From an uncultured Holophagales bacterium (GTDB lineage Bacteria; Acidobacteriota; Thermoanaerobaculia; Multivoradales; UBA5704), in contig CAWJGT010000003.1 in assembly GCA_963842525.1 (NCBI GenBank), forward strand, positions 800,001 through 864,000: a stretch of 64,000 bases of DNA, given 5' to 3'. Position 1 is the stretch's first letter; every line of letters begins with the position of its first letter. A program made the translations under genes and the position numbers. The notes beneath the pieces are model-generated. The model was not told where the DNA came from, searched no databases, and worked only from the letters and a program-made list of their open reading frames with translations. Below are positions 41,637 through 52,168 of the stretch, piece by piece.

Positions 41637-42002
41637 CTACGCCGCGGGCTGCTGCGCCTCGCCGGTATTGCCGGAGCTCCTACCCTCGCGCCTTTTCGTT
41701 TCGCCGCGGCCGTGCTGTCGCGGACGGCGCGGCTTGAACGGCGGTGGGGTGGTGGTCCCGTCTTCGCCGCCACCGGGCGGTTGTTGAGTCCGGTTGCCGC
41801 TGTCGGCGGTACCACCCGTCAGGGTGGTCATGACCTGCTTGAAGATCTCGTCGACCTTCCTGGGGTCCTGCTGCAACCTCTGGCTCAACAGGGCGTATGC
41901 CTTGCCGGTGGCAAAGCCCGCTGCGAAGAATGCGATGGCCAGGTCGAGGTCTTCTTTGTTGGGAATGCTATTGGACTGCGGGGTGTCCATTCTGACGGTC
42001 AT
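41637..42002 (-). CDS. Small hypothetical protein downstream of the CHAT gene
   Basis: AGGAGG RBS; start overlaps the CHAT stop; short hydrophobic helix then a disordered tail. Confidence 0.6.
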   Translation of the reverse strand: MTVRMDTPQSNSIPNKEDLDLAIAFFAAGFATGKAYALLSQRLQQDPRKVDEIFKQVMTTLTGGTADSGNRTQQPPGGGEDGTTTPPPFKPRRPRQHGRGETKRREGRSSGNTGEAQQPAA

Positions 42003-45000
42003 CTCATCCTCCTGTGACGATCTTTCGGGTTCTCGATGCTGGGAAAGATCCCGGCTTGGCGAAAAGGTTTATGGCCGCCCGCCCGCCAGTCGCCCTGGAG
42101 GATGAATCCCGCCCAGTAGTAGGGTGACCTCCAGGCGTCCTCCTGCCACATCGAGACCTGGGCGGCGCGCAGGGCCGCAGCCGGGGGCCTTCCCGCGCCG
42201 AGCATCTCGCGGTAGAAGCGGCGCATCAGCTCGGCGGTTGCCCGATCGTCGACAGGCCACAGGCTGACCAGGACCTGGCGGGCTCCGGCGTACAGAAAGC
42301 CCCGGGTCAGGCCGACCAGCCCATCGCCGCGGATCTCCCGGCCGAGGGCCGTCTGGCACGCCGAAAGAACGACCAGGTCCGCCGGGAGGTCCAGCCGATA
42401 GATCTCGTGGGCATAGAGGAACCCGTTGCGTGGCCGTCCCTGCCGGTCGACCCTGGAGAGAGCGATCCCCGAGAGCTCCGGGTGCTCCGCGTCGAGGATG
42501 CCATGGGTCGCGAAGTGGACGATCCGGTAGCCGCGAAGCGCTCCGCTTAGGACGGTCTCGCGGCTGGCCTCGAAGCCGAGGGCCGAGAGGGTCTGCCGCG
42601 GGGGGGCGAGCGACAGGATCGCCGCCGCCTCGGCGTGAGAATAGAGCAGCCGGTCCAGCGGAAGGGAGGATCCGACGGCAGGTCCCGCCGATGGCGATTG
42701 CATCATCCCCGGCACCCGCGGGTCCGCGATGTCGAAGACCGGGTCGGCAAGCACGGCCAACACTCCCGGCACGTCCCGGCGTCCGGGCTCTCTCGCCAGC
42801 AGGGTCAGCGTCGAAGCGGAGGGGAGGCTCACGACCTCGTGCTGGAGGACGATCGGTTGGCCTCCCGCGACCGGCAGGGCTCCGAACGGAATGTAGTGGA
42901 GGGCTCCATCGGGGACGACCAGCAATCGGCGTCCGGGAGTCAGCAGATGGGCGACCGGCTGGAGCAGGATCTGGGAGAGCTCGGCGAGCGCGGCGTCCGC
43001 CTGGGCCCGGGCCAGCCGCTGGTCGCTGGCGGCGAGCAGGAACGAGGAGCGGCGGGCAGCCTCCTCGATCGCGGCTCGCGGCGGCAGCTCGAAGCTCTCG
43101 ATCCCGCCGGGTGTGACGGCCCAGAGAAAGCTGCGTTCCCTGCCCAGGGCGTATTCGAGGAGCAGCGTGTCGCGGTCGACAACCCGTTTCTGGATCTGCT
43201 CCAGGGAGAGGGGGCGCGGCTGGACCAGGGCGGCATAGCCGGGGCTCGCCAGGCGGATCCTGGACTGGAGCCTGTCGAAACGGGCCAGCAGTCCCCGCAG
43301 ATCGGTCTCCGCGGCTTCCAGCCGGGCCACGGCGGCGCCGGTGACCACGAGGCTCTGGCGCCGGCGGTCCGCCATCTCGATCCGGCGCGTCAGCTCGGCC
43401 TCCTGCGCCAGGAGGGCGGGGTCGACGTCGCGCCGCAGGTCGGCCCGAGCCTCGGTCAGGAGGTCGAGAAGGCTGCGTGCCCGCGCCTCCTCGCTGACCG
43501 CGAGTGCCCGTGCATCGTAGCCCGAGCCGGGCTCGCGGCGGTGGAGCTCCATCAGAAGGCTGACGTAGAGCTCGAAAAAGTCCTGTTTGGAGGCGAGGAA
43601 CGTGGAGCGCAACTCGGGGCTGGCAGGCTTGCCGCGCAGCGATTCGATCCGGGCGAGCGCCGGCTCGACGGCCTGGAGCGCCGCCGTCAGCTCTCCCTGG
43701 CGGCGCCGGGCACTGGCAAGGCCAAAGAGGGCCTGCGCTTGGGTCTCGAGGTCGCCGCTGGCTGTGGACAGCCGCAGAGCGCGGGAAAACGACAGGACCG
43801 CCGCATCGGTTCGCTCGAGATCAAGATCGGTCATACCGAGATTGTTGAGCGCCGTGGCCTCGCTATTCGTGTCTCCCAGCTCGCGAAAGGTGACGAGCGC
43901 CGCGTGGAAGGCGCGCCGGGCGTTGCGCCGCTCCCCGAGTTGATTATGAAAACAGGCGAGGTTGTGCATGGTGATCGCCTGCTCCAGCCGGTCTCCGATC
44001 TGCCGCTGGAGGTGAAGGGCACGCTCGTAGGCCTCCAGCACCTCGGCCCGAGACCGGCCGGCGAGGGCACGCGCCTGCCCCAAAAGGGCCAGAGCGATGG
44101 CCCTTTCGCGGACGCGGTCGGCCGATTCGAGGAGCCGCAGAGCCAGGACGAGATGATCGATGGCCTTCTCCGGCTGACCCAGGATGATGTATGTGTTTCC
44201 TGAGTTGCTGAGCGTCAACCCTTCGTTGCCCCGGTCCCCCAGCTTGCGCCAGACCGCGAGCGCCTCTTCGAAGGCGGTCAGCGCCCGTTCCGTCTCTCCC
44301 AGATCGAGCGAGGCGCGGCCGATGTTGTTCAGGGTGATCGCCTGCTCGAACCGGTTGTTGAAGCGGCGGTGGAGGCGGAGCGCCTCGCGATAGCACTCGA
44401 CAGCCGCCTGGGGATTCCCGAGGGAGCGGTACATATGGCCGAGGTTGTTCAACGCGACGCCGGCCCGGGCCTCCTCGCCAAGCTCGCGAAAGAGCGCCAG
44501 GGCCTGCCGGTAGTGATCCGCGGCCTCCCGGTTGTTTCCCAGGGAGGCATGGGTCCGGCCGAGGCTGAAGAGAGCCTCTGCCTCCCGGTCGCGCTGGCCG
44601 ATCTGCCGGAAGAGGGCCAGGGCCTTCTCCTCTCGCTCCACCGCCGCCGCGAGCGACGGTGGGTCGTCCCGCAGGCGCAGCTCCTCACCCTGGGCGAAGG
44701 TCCGCTCGGCGGCGACCCGGGTCCGGTCCCGCGCGGCTGCCGGCCGCAGGACGTCCAGCCGCACGGCGTAGCGTCCAGGGGCGGCACGGACGTCGGGAGA
44801 CCGAATCTCCAGACGATGCATCCCCGCGACCACGGCCACGACGGGAAGGGGCTCGGGACCCTGCGAGCCGTTGGTGCTGTCGATCGCCGCGAGGCGCCGG
44901 CCGTCCGGGCCCTGGAGGCTCACGGCCACGTCGATCCCCCGCTGATCCACGATCAACCCGGCGTAGTCTCCAGCGGCCAGATCCAGCAGGTAGGCGTGAG

Positions 45001-45172
45001 CCTGGCCGCCTCGCAGCCCCATCTGGACCAGGGTCCCGGGCACGAGGGCGAGCATCCGGGCCTCGGCCGGTGTGGTCTTTGATGGCTCCGTCCCGGGCGC
45101 CCGGCAGGCCGCCAGGGTCAGGCCGGCGAGCGCCAGGGCCCGCGTCCTACGAAGGTGGGAGCTGCAGGACAT
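41999..45172 (-). CDS. Lipoprotein TPR + CHAT domain protein
   Basis: Lipobox LAAC, DQRGIDV, TPRs, HFATHG, LSACQT, WAGFILQGDWR. Confidence 0.92.
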   Translation of the reverse strand: MSCSSHLRRTRALALAGLTLAACRAPGTEPSKTTPAEARMLALVPGTLVQMGLRGGQAHAYLLDLAAGDYAGLIVDQRGIDVAVSLQGPDGRRLAAIDSTNGSQGPEPLPVVAVVAGMHRLEIRSPDVRAAPGRYAVRLDVLRPAAARDRTRVAAERTFAQGEELRLRDDPPSLAAAVEREEKALALFRQIGQRDREAEALFSLGRTHASLGNNREAADHYRQALALFRELGEEARAGVALNNLGHMYRSLGNPQAAVECYREALRLHRRFNNRFEQAITLNNIGRASLDLGETERALTAFEEALAVWRKLGDRGNEGLTLSNSGNTYIILGQPEKAIDHLVLALRLLESADRVRERAIALALLGQARALAGRSRAEVLEAYERALHLQRQIGDRLEQAITMHNLACFHNQLGERRNARRAFHAALVTFRELGDTNSEATALNNLGMTDLDLERTDAAVLSFSRALRLSTASGDLETQAQALFGLASARRRQGELTAALQAVEPALARIESLRGKPASPELRSTFLASKQDFFELYVSLLMELHRREPGSGYDARALAVSEEARARSLLDLLTEARADLRRDVDPALLAQEAELTRRIEMADRRRQSLVVTGAAVARLEAAETDLRGLLARFDRLQSRIRLASPGYAALVQPRPLSLEQIQKRVVDRDTLLLEYALGRERSFLWAVTPGGIESFELPPRAAIEEAARRSSFLLAASDQRLARAQADAALAELSQILLQPVAHLLTPGRRLLVVPDGALHYIPFGALPVAGGQPIVLQHEVVSLPSASTLTLLAREPGRRDVPGVLAVLADPVFDIADPRVPGMMQSPSAGPAVGSSLPLDRLLYSHAEAAAILSLAPPRQTLSALGFEASRETVLSGALRGYRIVHFATHGILDAEHPELSGIALSRVDRQGRPRNGFLYAHEIYRLDLPADLVVLSACQTALGREIRGDGLVGLTRGFLYAGARQVLVSLWPVDDRATAELMRRFYREMLGAGRPPAAALRAAQVSMWQEDAWRSPYYWAGFILQGDWRAGGHKPFRQAGIFPSIENPKDRHRRMR

Positions 45173-45944
45173 ATTCGCCGATCGGCTCTCTCGTGTTCCT
45201 GGAGAGCCCGAAGAGCCGGAGCCGATGCTCTCCGGCGCCGAGCGCTTTCCGCGGCAGGGTCAGGCTGAAGGAGCCGAACGCGTTCGGCCGTAGCCCTCGT
45301 GCCGTCCAGACCACGGCGCCGTCTGCATCCGAGATCTCCGCCTCGTAATCCTCCCAAGCCCCCCTCTGCGCGGGGCTGAGGATCAACGTGAACAACCGGG
45401 CGTCCGGCGGCACCTCGGGCGTGCTCGTGGCGACGCCGCGGCGCGCCCTGCCCTCGGGATAGAGGTCCAGCACCGGGGCGTTGACCTGCGGCCGGGACAG
45501 CTCGTCGACGGTCCGGCGCAGCGAGGCGACCCAGACCGAGAGGCCGACCGTGGCGATCAACAGCGAGGCGGCGAGAGCCTGCCACCAGCGCGGCGCCACC
45601 GCAGGCCGGGCGCGCCGCGACTCCAGAGAGACGACGGTGGCCGGGCGAGCGGGCTCTTCCCGCCGGATCTGCTCGCGAACCCCTGCCCAGACCGTCTCGG
45701 CGGCATTCGGAGGGAGATCCTCGTCCGCGCCGAAGCTGGCGTCTCCGAGCCCGTCGAGATCGAGCAGGAGATCGGCACACTCGCGGCAGGCGACGAGGTG
45801 GTCCTGGACTCGCCGCTCCTCCTCGGGCGGCAACCCGCCGGCGTGGTAGGCGGCGAGCTCGTCGGCGTCGAGGTGTCCGCCGGAGCCTCGCTCCAGGGCC
45901 AGGGCCTCGACCGCGTCACGTAGCTCCCGGTCCGGCCCGTTCAT
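45147..45944 (-). CDS. zf-HC2 anti-sigma factor
   Basis: HLVACREC, TM helix, and a C-domain homologous to that of 16454..17326. Confidence 0.82.
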   Translation of the reverse strand: MNGPDRELRDAVEALALERGSGGHLDADELAAYHAGGLPPEEERRVQDHLVACRECADLLLDLDGLGDASFGADEDLPPNAAETVWAGVREQIRREEPARPATVVSLESRRARPAVAPRWWQALAASLLIATVGLSVWVASLRRTVDELSRPQVNAPVLDLYPEGRARRGVATSTPEVPPDARLFTLILSPAQRGAWEDYEAEISDADGAVVWTARGLRPNAFGSFSLTLPRKALGAGEHRLRLFGLSRNTREPIGEYVLQLPPS

Positions 45945-46615
45945 GCCGCCCCCTCATCGAGCCGGGCGAGAGGGCTCTCGAAATATGGGCCCAGCTCCTG
46001 CTGCAGGCGCCGGCGTGCCTGGAAGAGGTGGACCTTGACGGTTTCCGTCGACAAACGCATCAACACCGCGATCTCCCGATATTTCAGATCATGGTACACC
46101 CGGAGCATGAGGCATTTCCGCATCTGCTCCGGCAGCTTCTCGATCCCCTCCCGCAACACTCGCGAGCGCTCCTGGCGCAACAGCTCCTCGCCAGGGAGCG
46201 GGGTGCCCGTGGCCGGCAGGTCGAGCGGCTCTCCCTCGGAATCCTCGATCGGCACCTCCCGGCCGGCCCGCTTGTCCGCTACCCCCAGGCGGAGGCGCTT
46301 GCGGAATGCATTGGTCGCCACCTTGAACAGCCAGGTCTCGAACCGCGCATCGCGGCGGAACGAGCCGATACCTCGATAGATCCCAACGAATGTCTCCTGG
46401 GTTAGATCGAGGCAGTCCTGGGGAGGGAACCCGCGCCGGGAGAAGAAGTGGAGAAGCGGGCGGTGGTAGAGGTCGCAGAGGCGGCGGAAGCTCTCCTCGA
46501 CGGCATGCCCCGCCTGGATCTCTGCAAGGATCTGCTCGGTGTCTGCGGCGCGATCGGCCATTCGGTCCGGCTCTGCAATGGCGAACGAAGGCTCAACGAT
46601 ATCACTCCCTCTCAT
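45941..46615 (-). CDS. ECF sigma factor
   Basis: DLTQETF...FETWLFKVATN...LPEQMRKC...KYREIA...TVKVHLFQARRRL. Confidence 0.92.
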   Translation of the reverse strand: MRGSDIVEPSFAIAEPDRMADRAADTEQILAEIQAGHAVEESFRRLCDLYHRPLLHFFSRRGFPPQDCLDLTQETFVGIYRGIGSFRRDARFETWLFKVATNAFRKRLRLGVADKRAGREVPIEDSEGEPLDLPATGTPLPGEELLRQERSRVLREGIEKLPEQMRKCLMLRVYHDLKYREIAVLMRLSTETVKVHLFQARRRLQQELGPYFESPLARLDEGAA

Positions 46616-46821
46616 CTGGTGCCGCCGTGGCTCCGTAGACCCGGGGAAGGGAGGTGAGAGCCATGATGGTCAAGACGAGTCTCAAGGCGGGCATCCAGAA
46701 GCCCGGCCACTAGCCTACACGTCCGATTCGCTTCCCCACTACGCCGGTCTCCTGCCGGCGTCTTTCCTCATTTGCACGAGATGTAATGCGATCCGGAGAG
46801 CTTCCGTGATAACCTCCGTTT

Positions 46822-47637
46822 ATGGCATCGCTGGCTCACGCTCCCCGCACGGCTCAGGATCTCCGCCCCGATGCGGTAATTTTGGTCGTCGAGGGGCCGA
46901 CCGACGAGCGGATCGTCGAGGGAGTGTTAGCGGCGGCGCAATTTCCTGTTGACCGTGTCAACATCGTGGTCGGACTAGCAAAGTACGGCGCCGCCCGTAT
47001 TGCCGAGGAATTTGCCGATGCTGCGCCAGGGCAATGTGCGGTACTTGTGGATCTCGATGAGCTCAGTGTGCCCGACGCCCAAGCCCGAGCGCGCGAGCAA
47101 CTCGGCAATCCTCCCTTCGATGTGTTCTGTGCAGTTCCCACCATCGAGGCGTGGCTCTTTGCCGATGATGATGTTGCTCAGGCGTATGCCAGTCCCGATG
47201 AGGACGTACAGCGCATCGTCCGGCGGCTCCCCCTCCCGGAGGAGATCCCGGATCCCAAGCAGCTGGCCCAGTATGTCTTTGGGCCCAGCTCGAAATGGGG
47301 ATTCATCCGCCAAGTCGAGATCGGCCGCGCCGCCGCCAGGTCGCCTTCGCTCCGTATCTTCCTGGAGGGAATGAGCCGTCTGCTCGGGGTGCCGACGTCA
47401 CCTCTCATGGAAGGTGTGGCGCGCAACTTCAGCCGCGACATCATCGCCGGACTGGTCCGCGAAATCCCTTCCAAGACCGTCGTCTGGCGCACCTCGTCCG
47501 GGGACGAATACACCGCTGATAAGCTGCGTCGCCTCGTCGAGGAGGGAGACGAGGTGGGACGGCAATACGCCTCGGACCTCCTGCGCATCTCCCGCGACTT
47601 CCTCCTGCGCAAGGCAAATCGCTCAACATCCCAGTGA
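46822..47637 (+). CDS. TOPRIM-like (DUF4276-type) protein
   Basis: VVEGPTD, VLVDLD, IEAWLFAD, RSPSL. Confidence 0.6.
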   Translation: MASLAHAPRTAQDLRPDAVILVVEGPTDERIVEGVLAAAQFPVDRVNIVVGLAKYGAARIAEEFADAAPGQCAVLVDLDELSVPDAQARAREQLGNPPFDVFCAVPTIEAWLFADDDVAQAYASPDEDVQRIVRRLPLPEEIPDPKQLAQYVFGPSSKWGFIRQVEIGRAAARSPSLRIFLEGMSRLLGVPTSPLMEGVARNFSRDIIAGLVREIPSKTVVWRTSSGDEYTADKLRRLVEEGDEVGRQYASDLLRISRDFLLRKANRSTSQ

Positions 47638-48275
47638 TCGTCTTCGTGCCCGGATACGATCCGGAGACCGAGGCGAATCTGGCCGTCGCCGAGCAGATTC
47701 GCCCTGAAGGCTGCCACGCCCTGCTGGCTCGGGATGCAACCCGTGAAGCGCTTTTGGCAGCTTTGACCGCAATCGACGCGCCGGTCTTCGCCATGTCGCA
47801 CGGGCGCCGCGATGCGATTCTGGCTCAAGGGGGCGGAGCTGCCTTGCTCCGCGAGGATGCAGCTCTCCTCGGCCTGCGGACAGTCTTTGCCTTCGCTTGT
47901 CACACAGCCGCGGATCTGGGGCAGGCGGCCGCGCAGGCAGGAGCGACCTGGTGGGGCTATACAGGTGCCGTCCATGCTCCGGATCCTTCTCCCAGGCTTC
48001 TGCCGCTGTTCGTCGGCATCTTCCGCTATATCCGCGACGTGTTCCCGCAAGCCAGATCGAGGCGACAGCGCGCAGCCGTCCTCCTGCGGATCGCAGAACT
48101 CTGCCATCAGGCTGAGCACAGGCTCGATGAGCTTTTGGAAACCGATCCAGGACTGGATGCCGGGCCAGCCTACTTCTGCCTTCTCCACATCTGGCAACGT
48201 CTGCGAACCTGGGGCCCGGGGGAGCCGGCTCCGCTCAGCCACCAGGACGCTCCTGAGCCGGTTCTCTTTCCTTGA
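47634..48275 (+). CDS. Hypothetical protein with a possible clan CD peptidase dyad
   Basis: FAMSHG ... FAFACHT pattern; GTG start overlaps the upstream stop. Confidence 0.5.
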   Translation: MIVFVPGYDPETEANLAVAEQIRPEGCHALLARDATREALLAALTAIDAPVFAMSHGRRDAILAQGGGAALLREDAALLGLRTVFAFACHTAADLGQAAAQAGATWWGYTGAVHAPDPSPRLLPLFVGIFRYIRDVFPQARSRRQRAAVLLRIAELCHQAEHRLDELLETDPGLDAGPAYFCLLHIWQRLRTWGPGEPAPLSHQDAPEPVLFP

Positions 48276-48348
48276 TCCGGGTGCTGGCCGGCCCGCTTCT
48301 CGGCCACCCCCGGCGCAGGCGTTTTCGCCAGGCGTTGGTCGCGACGTA

Positions 48349-48399
48349 GACCCACCCCCTCTCCCACCCGCACTCCCCATCCCGTCCGGGAGAGGGGGA
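48349..48399. repeat. REP-like hairpin related to the kinase insertion
   Basis: CCCCCTCTCCC...GGGAGAGGGGG between convergent genes. Confidence 0.6.
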
Positions 48400-48420
48400 A
48401 GGGCCGCATGCCGGGAAGCG

Positions 48421-49827
48421 TCAGTTGTTGCAGGGCACCCAGAACGGGGTCATCGAAGGTGAATTCTCGAGGTAGACGAGCCCGTCGAAGTGCTCGCGGG
48501 GGATGTACCAGTTATCCCCGATGAGGATCGGCTCCTCGGGGTCGAGGAAGGGTGGATGGGCGGGGTTGGTGCCATGGAAGTCCAGGTCCGCCAGGAGGTA
48601 GGGCTCTCCGAGCTGCTGGAGGCGCGCCTCGGCGGAATTTGGGTCGACGTCCACCGGGCCGCACAAGAAGATCCATGGCCACTCGACTTCCACGTGCGCG
48701 GCGGCGAGCGCCAACGCGGCATAGCGATGGCCGATGTCGCGGCTCAGCCAGTCGCCCATGACCGTGAACCCGAGATCTTCGAGCTCGAAGATCCCTTTGC
48801 CGATGTGGAAGTTGTGCGCCCACACCGCGGTCTTCTGGGACCCCACGAGCAGCTTGCGGATGCGCTGGAGCACCGTGGCCATTCCGCGGTCCCGGAAGGT
48901 GAAGGCCCGGGGATAGTCGGTCTCGGTGTAATACGCCGAGCCCTGCCAGGCACGCACGCCGATCGAGCGGATCTTGGCCCATTCGACCTCGGCCCGCTCG
49001 CGCTGCACGGCGTCGGACGGATCGAGATCCGCGAGCAGGGCATCCACCGCATCCAGGGCCGCCAGGCACGCTTGATTGTCCGCATCGGAGACCGGGAATT
49101 CGAACGTCACGACCCCGTCACACCGCCGGAGCCCGACAATGCGGGGATCGCCGTCCTGCAGGCCGTGTCCCTGGAGAAACTCGATCAGCGCGGGGCCGTC
49201 CATCTCCGGCTGCTGGACGTCGAACCCGAAGAAGGTGATGGGATCGTCCGGATGCGTCTGATTCCAGGAACACATGTAGGTGAGGAGAGCGCCGGTCTCC
49301 GTGCTCCTCCAGACAGCGAAGATGCCGCGCAGGGCGTCCCTCACCGTGCCCTGGCAGGTGGCGACGTACTGGCCCGTGACCTCCGCGTACGGCCAGGGGG
49401 TCTCCATGGCGAAGGCGCGGAAGCCCATCTCCTCGACCAGGAAGCGGAAGAGGCGGTGCTTCATGGCGTAGTATCCGCCCGAGGTATGGATCGTCTCTCC
49501 GAGGCCAACCACCTGGGCCCCTTGCAGGATCTGCCGCAGGGGGGCCAGGTCGGTGTGCGGGAGGCCGGCATCGAGGCCGTCGAGCCGGTAGATCCCACGG
49601 TCGACGAGCTGCTCACCGCGCCGCAGGTGAGACGGCGCGACGGTGGTGTGGCCGCCGCTCGGCGGGACGAGATCCCGCGGCGGCAGCATCAACCGGGCAT
49701 GCGGCGACGGCTCGGCAGGAGCCGCGGCCAGGGACGGTGCGGCGAGGCCGGGCAGGAGAGCCGCGCCGAGGGTGAGGACGAGGGCAGAGAGGCGAAGAGG
49801 CCGATCAGCCATGCAACAGGTCTTCAT
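48421..49827 (-). CDS. Secreted erythromycin-esterase family protein
   Basis: VVGLGETIH, FLVEEMGF, FFGFDVQ, RDRGMA, WAHNFH, FDGL. Confidence 0.82.
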   Translation of the reverse strand: MKTCCMADRPLRLSALVLTLGAALLPGLAAPSLAAAPAEPSPHARLMLPPRDLVPPSGGHTTVAPSHLRRGEQLVDRGIYRLDGLDAGLPHTDLAPLRQILQGAQVVGLGETIHTSGGYYAMKHRLFRFLVEEMGFRAFAMETPWPYAEVTGQYVATCQGTVRDALRGIFAVWRSTETGALLTYMCSWNQTHPDDPITFFGFDVQQPEMDGPALIEFLQGHGLQDGDPRIVGLRRCDGVVTFEFPVSDADNQACLAALDAVDALLADLDPSDAVQRERAEVEWAKIRSIGVRAWQGSAYYTETDYPRAFTFRDRGMATVLQRIRKLLVGSQKTAVWAHNFHIGKGIFELEDLGFTVMGDWLSRDIGHRYAALALAAAHVEVEWPWIFLCGPVDVDPNSAEARLQQLGEPYLLADLDFHGTNPAHPPFLDPEEPILIGDNWYIPREHFDGLVYLENSPSMTPFWVPCNN

Positions 49828-50126
49828 TTCATCTCCTCCAGAGCAGCCCGCCGGACAGCTCTCCTGGATGGAAAGGGATTCCGGGACGGGCGAGTTGACC
49901 GCCTTCAGGTTCTACGGCACCCCTGTGCAATTTCAAAGCCCGGGTCGGAGACGCCGGTCCCCCGGGGAGCTTTCCGCGCGGCGGACGGCGCGGTGTCCGT
50001 CACAACAGACGGGCAGTGTCCAAGGAAGGGGACGGTCTACGGCCGGAACAAACCATTGCCGCGGAAGGTTGCAGTCAAACGCCTGGACCGCTCCGTCGTA
50101 GAATCCCCGTCCGGAGGCTTTTTTTC

Positions 50127-51507
50127 ATGGCAGTCAGCGTCTTCGACCTCTTCACGATCGGCATCGGCCCGTCGAGCTCCCACACCGTGGGGCCGATGCG
50201 GGCGGCGCGGCGTTTTGTCCGGCGGCTGGAGGACGAGGGCGCGCTCGACCGGACTGCCCGCGTGCGGGTCGACCTCTACGGCTCGCTGGCCATGACTGGC
50301 AAGGGGCACGGCACGGACCGGGCGGTGATCATGGGCCTCGAAGGGGAGACGCCGGAAGCGGTCGATCCGTCCTTCATGCCCAGGCGCCTCGCGGAGGTCC
50401 GATCGAGCCGCCGACTCCGTCTGCTCGGACGGCACGAGATCCCGTTCGAGGAGAAGGAGGACCTGGTCTTCAACCGCAAGGAGCTGCTGCCGCTCCACTC
50501 GAACGGCATGCGTTTCACGGCCTGGGACGCGGCCGGAGAGGTCCTCGACGAGCGGGTCTATTACTCGGTCGGCGGCGGGTTCGTGGTCCAGGAGGGGGCG
50601 GACGGCGAGGCCCGGCTGGTCGAAGACGTCACGGAGCACCCATATCCCTTCTCCAGCGGAGCGGAGCTGCTGGAGCGCTGCCGCGAGAACGGCATGGCGA
50701 TCTGGGAGCTGATGCTCGAAAACGAGAAGGCCTGGCGCAGTGAGGACGAAGTCCGGCAGGGGCTGCTGCGCATCTGGGACGCCATGCAGCAGTGTGTCGA
50801 GCGCGGCTGCCGCGAGACCGGCGTTCTCCCTGGAGGGCTCAAGGTCCCACGGCGGGCGCCCCAGCTCTATCGACGAGCTGCGGTCCCGGCCGGAGGAGGC
50901 GGTCAAGGACCCGCTGACGGTCCTCGACTGGGTCAACCTCTTCGCCCTGGCGGTCAACGAGGAGAACGCCGCAGGCGGACGGGTGGTGACCGCGCCCACC
51001 AACGGCGCGGCGGGGATCATCCCGGCCGTCCTATCCTATTACCGGCGGTTCACGCCCGGCGCCAGCGAGGAGGGGGTGATCCGCTTCCTGCTGACCGCGG
51101 CGGCCATCGGCCTGCTGTACAAGGAGAACGCCTCGATCTCCGGCGCCGAGGTGGGCTGCCAGGGCGAGGTCGGTGTCGCCTGCTCCATGGCCGCCGGCGG
51201 CCTGGTTGCCGTCCTCGGAGGGACCAACGAGCAGATCGAGAACGCGGCCGAGATCGGGATGGAGCACAATCTGGGATTGACCTGCGACCCGGTGGGTGGG
51301 CTGGTCCAGATCCCCTGCATCGAGCGCAACGCCATGGGCTCGGTCAAGGCGATCAACGCTTCGCGCATCGCGCTCCGCGGCGACGGCTCGCACAAGGTTT
51401 CACTCGACCGGGTCATCAAGACGATGCGCGAGACGGGAGCGGACATGAAGACCAAATACAAGGAGACCTCCCGCGGCGGGCTCGCGATCAACGTGATCGA
51501 ATGCTGA
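50127..51507 (+). CDS. sdaA: L-serine ammonia-lyase (frameshift near 50870)
   Basis: [41 protein letters not shown]. Confidence 0.93.
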
Positions 51508-51547
51508 TTCACAACATCGATTCGTCTCTTTTTCAGGGAGGTCATTC

Positions 51548-52075
51548 ATGCTAGCAAGCGAAAAGCTGATCGGCGTGTTCAACCAGCAGATCGGGAACGA
51601 GATGGGCGCTTCGATGCAGTACATCGCGATCGCCTCCTACTTCGACTCCGAGACCCTGCCGGAGCTGGCGAAGTTCTTCTACCAGCAGTCGGAGGAGGAG
51701 CGGCAGCACGCCATGCGGTTCGTCAAGTTCATCAACGACGTCGGAGGGCGGGTGGAAATCCCCGCGATCCCCGCGCCCAAGAACGATTTCGCCTCGGCCG
51801 ATGAGGCGGTCGGCCAGGCGCTCTCCTGGGAGGAAGAGGTCACACGCCAGATCTACGACCTGGTGGAGATCGCCAAAGAGGACCGCAGCTACGTGGCCAT
51901 CCGCTTCCTCGACTGGTTCGTCACCGAGCAGCTCGAGGAGGTGTCGTCCATGAGCGACCTCCTCGCGGTCATCCGGCGCGCCGGTCCGGACCGCCTGCTC
52001 TTCGTCGAGGAGTACCTCTCACGCCAAGGCCGTGCCGGCCTGGAGAGCCCGGCCGCTCCGGAGGCGGGGGACTAG
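51548..52075 (+). CDS. Non-heme ferritin
   Basis: [14 protein letters not shown] and [12 protein letters not shown] ferroxidase pattern. Confidence 0.9.
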   Translation: MLASEKLIGVFNQQIGNEMGASMQYIAIASYFDSETLPELAKFFYQQSEEERQHAMRFVKFINDVGGRVEIPAIPAPKNDFASADEAVGQALSWEEEVTRQIYDLVEIAKEDRSYVAIRFLDWFVTEQLEEVSSMSDLLAVIRRAGPDRLLFVEEYLSRQGRAGLESPAAPEAGD

Positions 52076-52168
52076 CGGCTCTCCCATCCTCAGGGCGGTC
52101 GCCTAGGCGTTGCGCAAGGAAATCATCTGAATCTCGTGTAGAGTTGTGCGCAAGGGAGGAGACAATCC

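Noticed and set aside
49830-50126. Glycine riboswitch or sigma54 promoter upstream of sdaA
   Set aside because: No glycine aptamer consensus is visible, and the GGCAC...TGC element has 9 rather than 10 nt between GG and GC.
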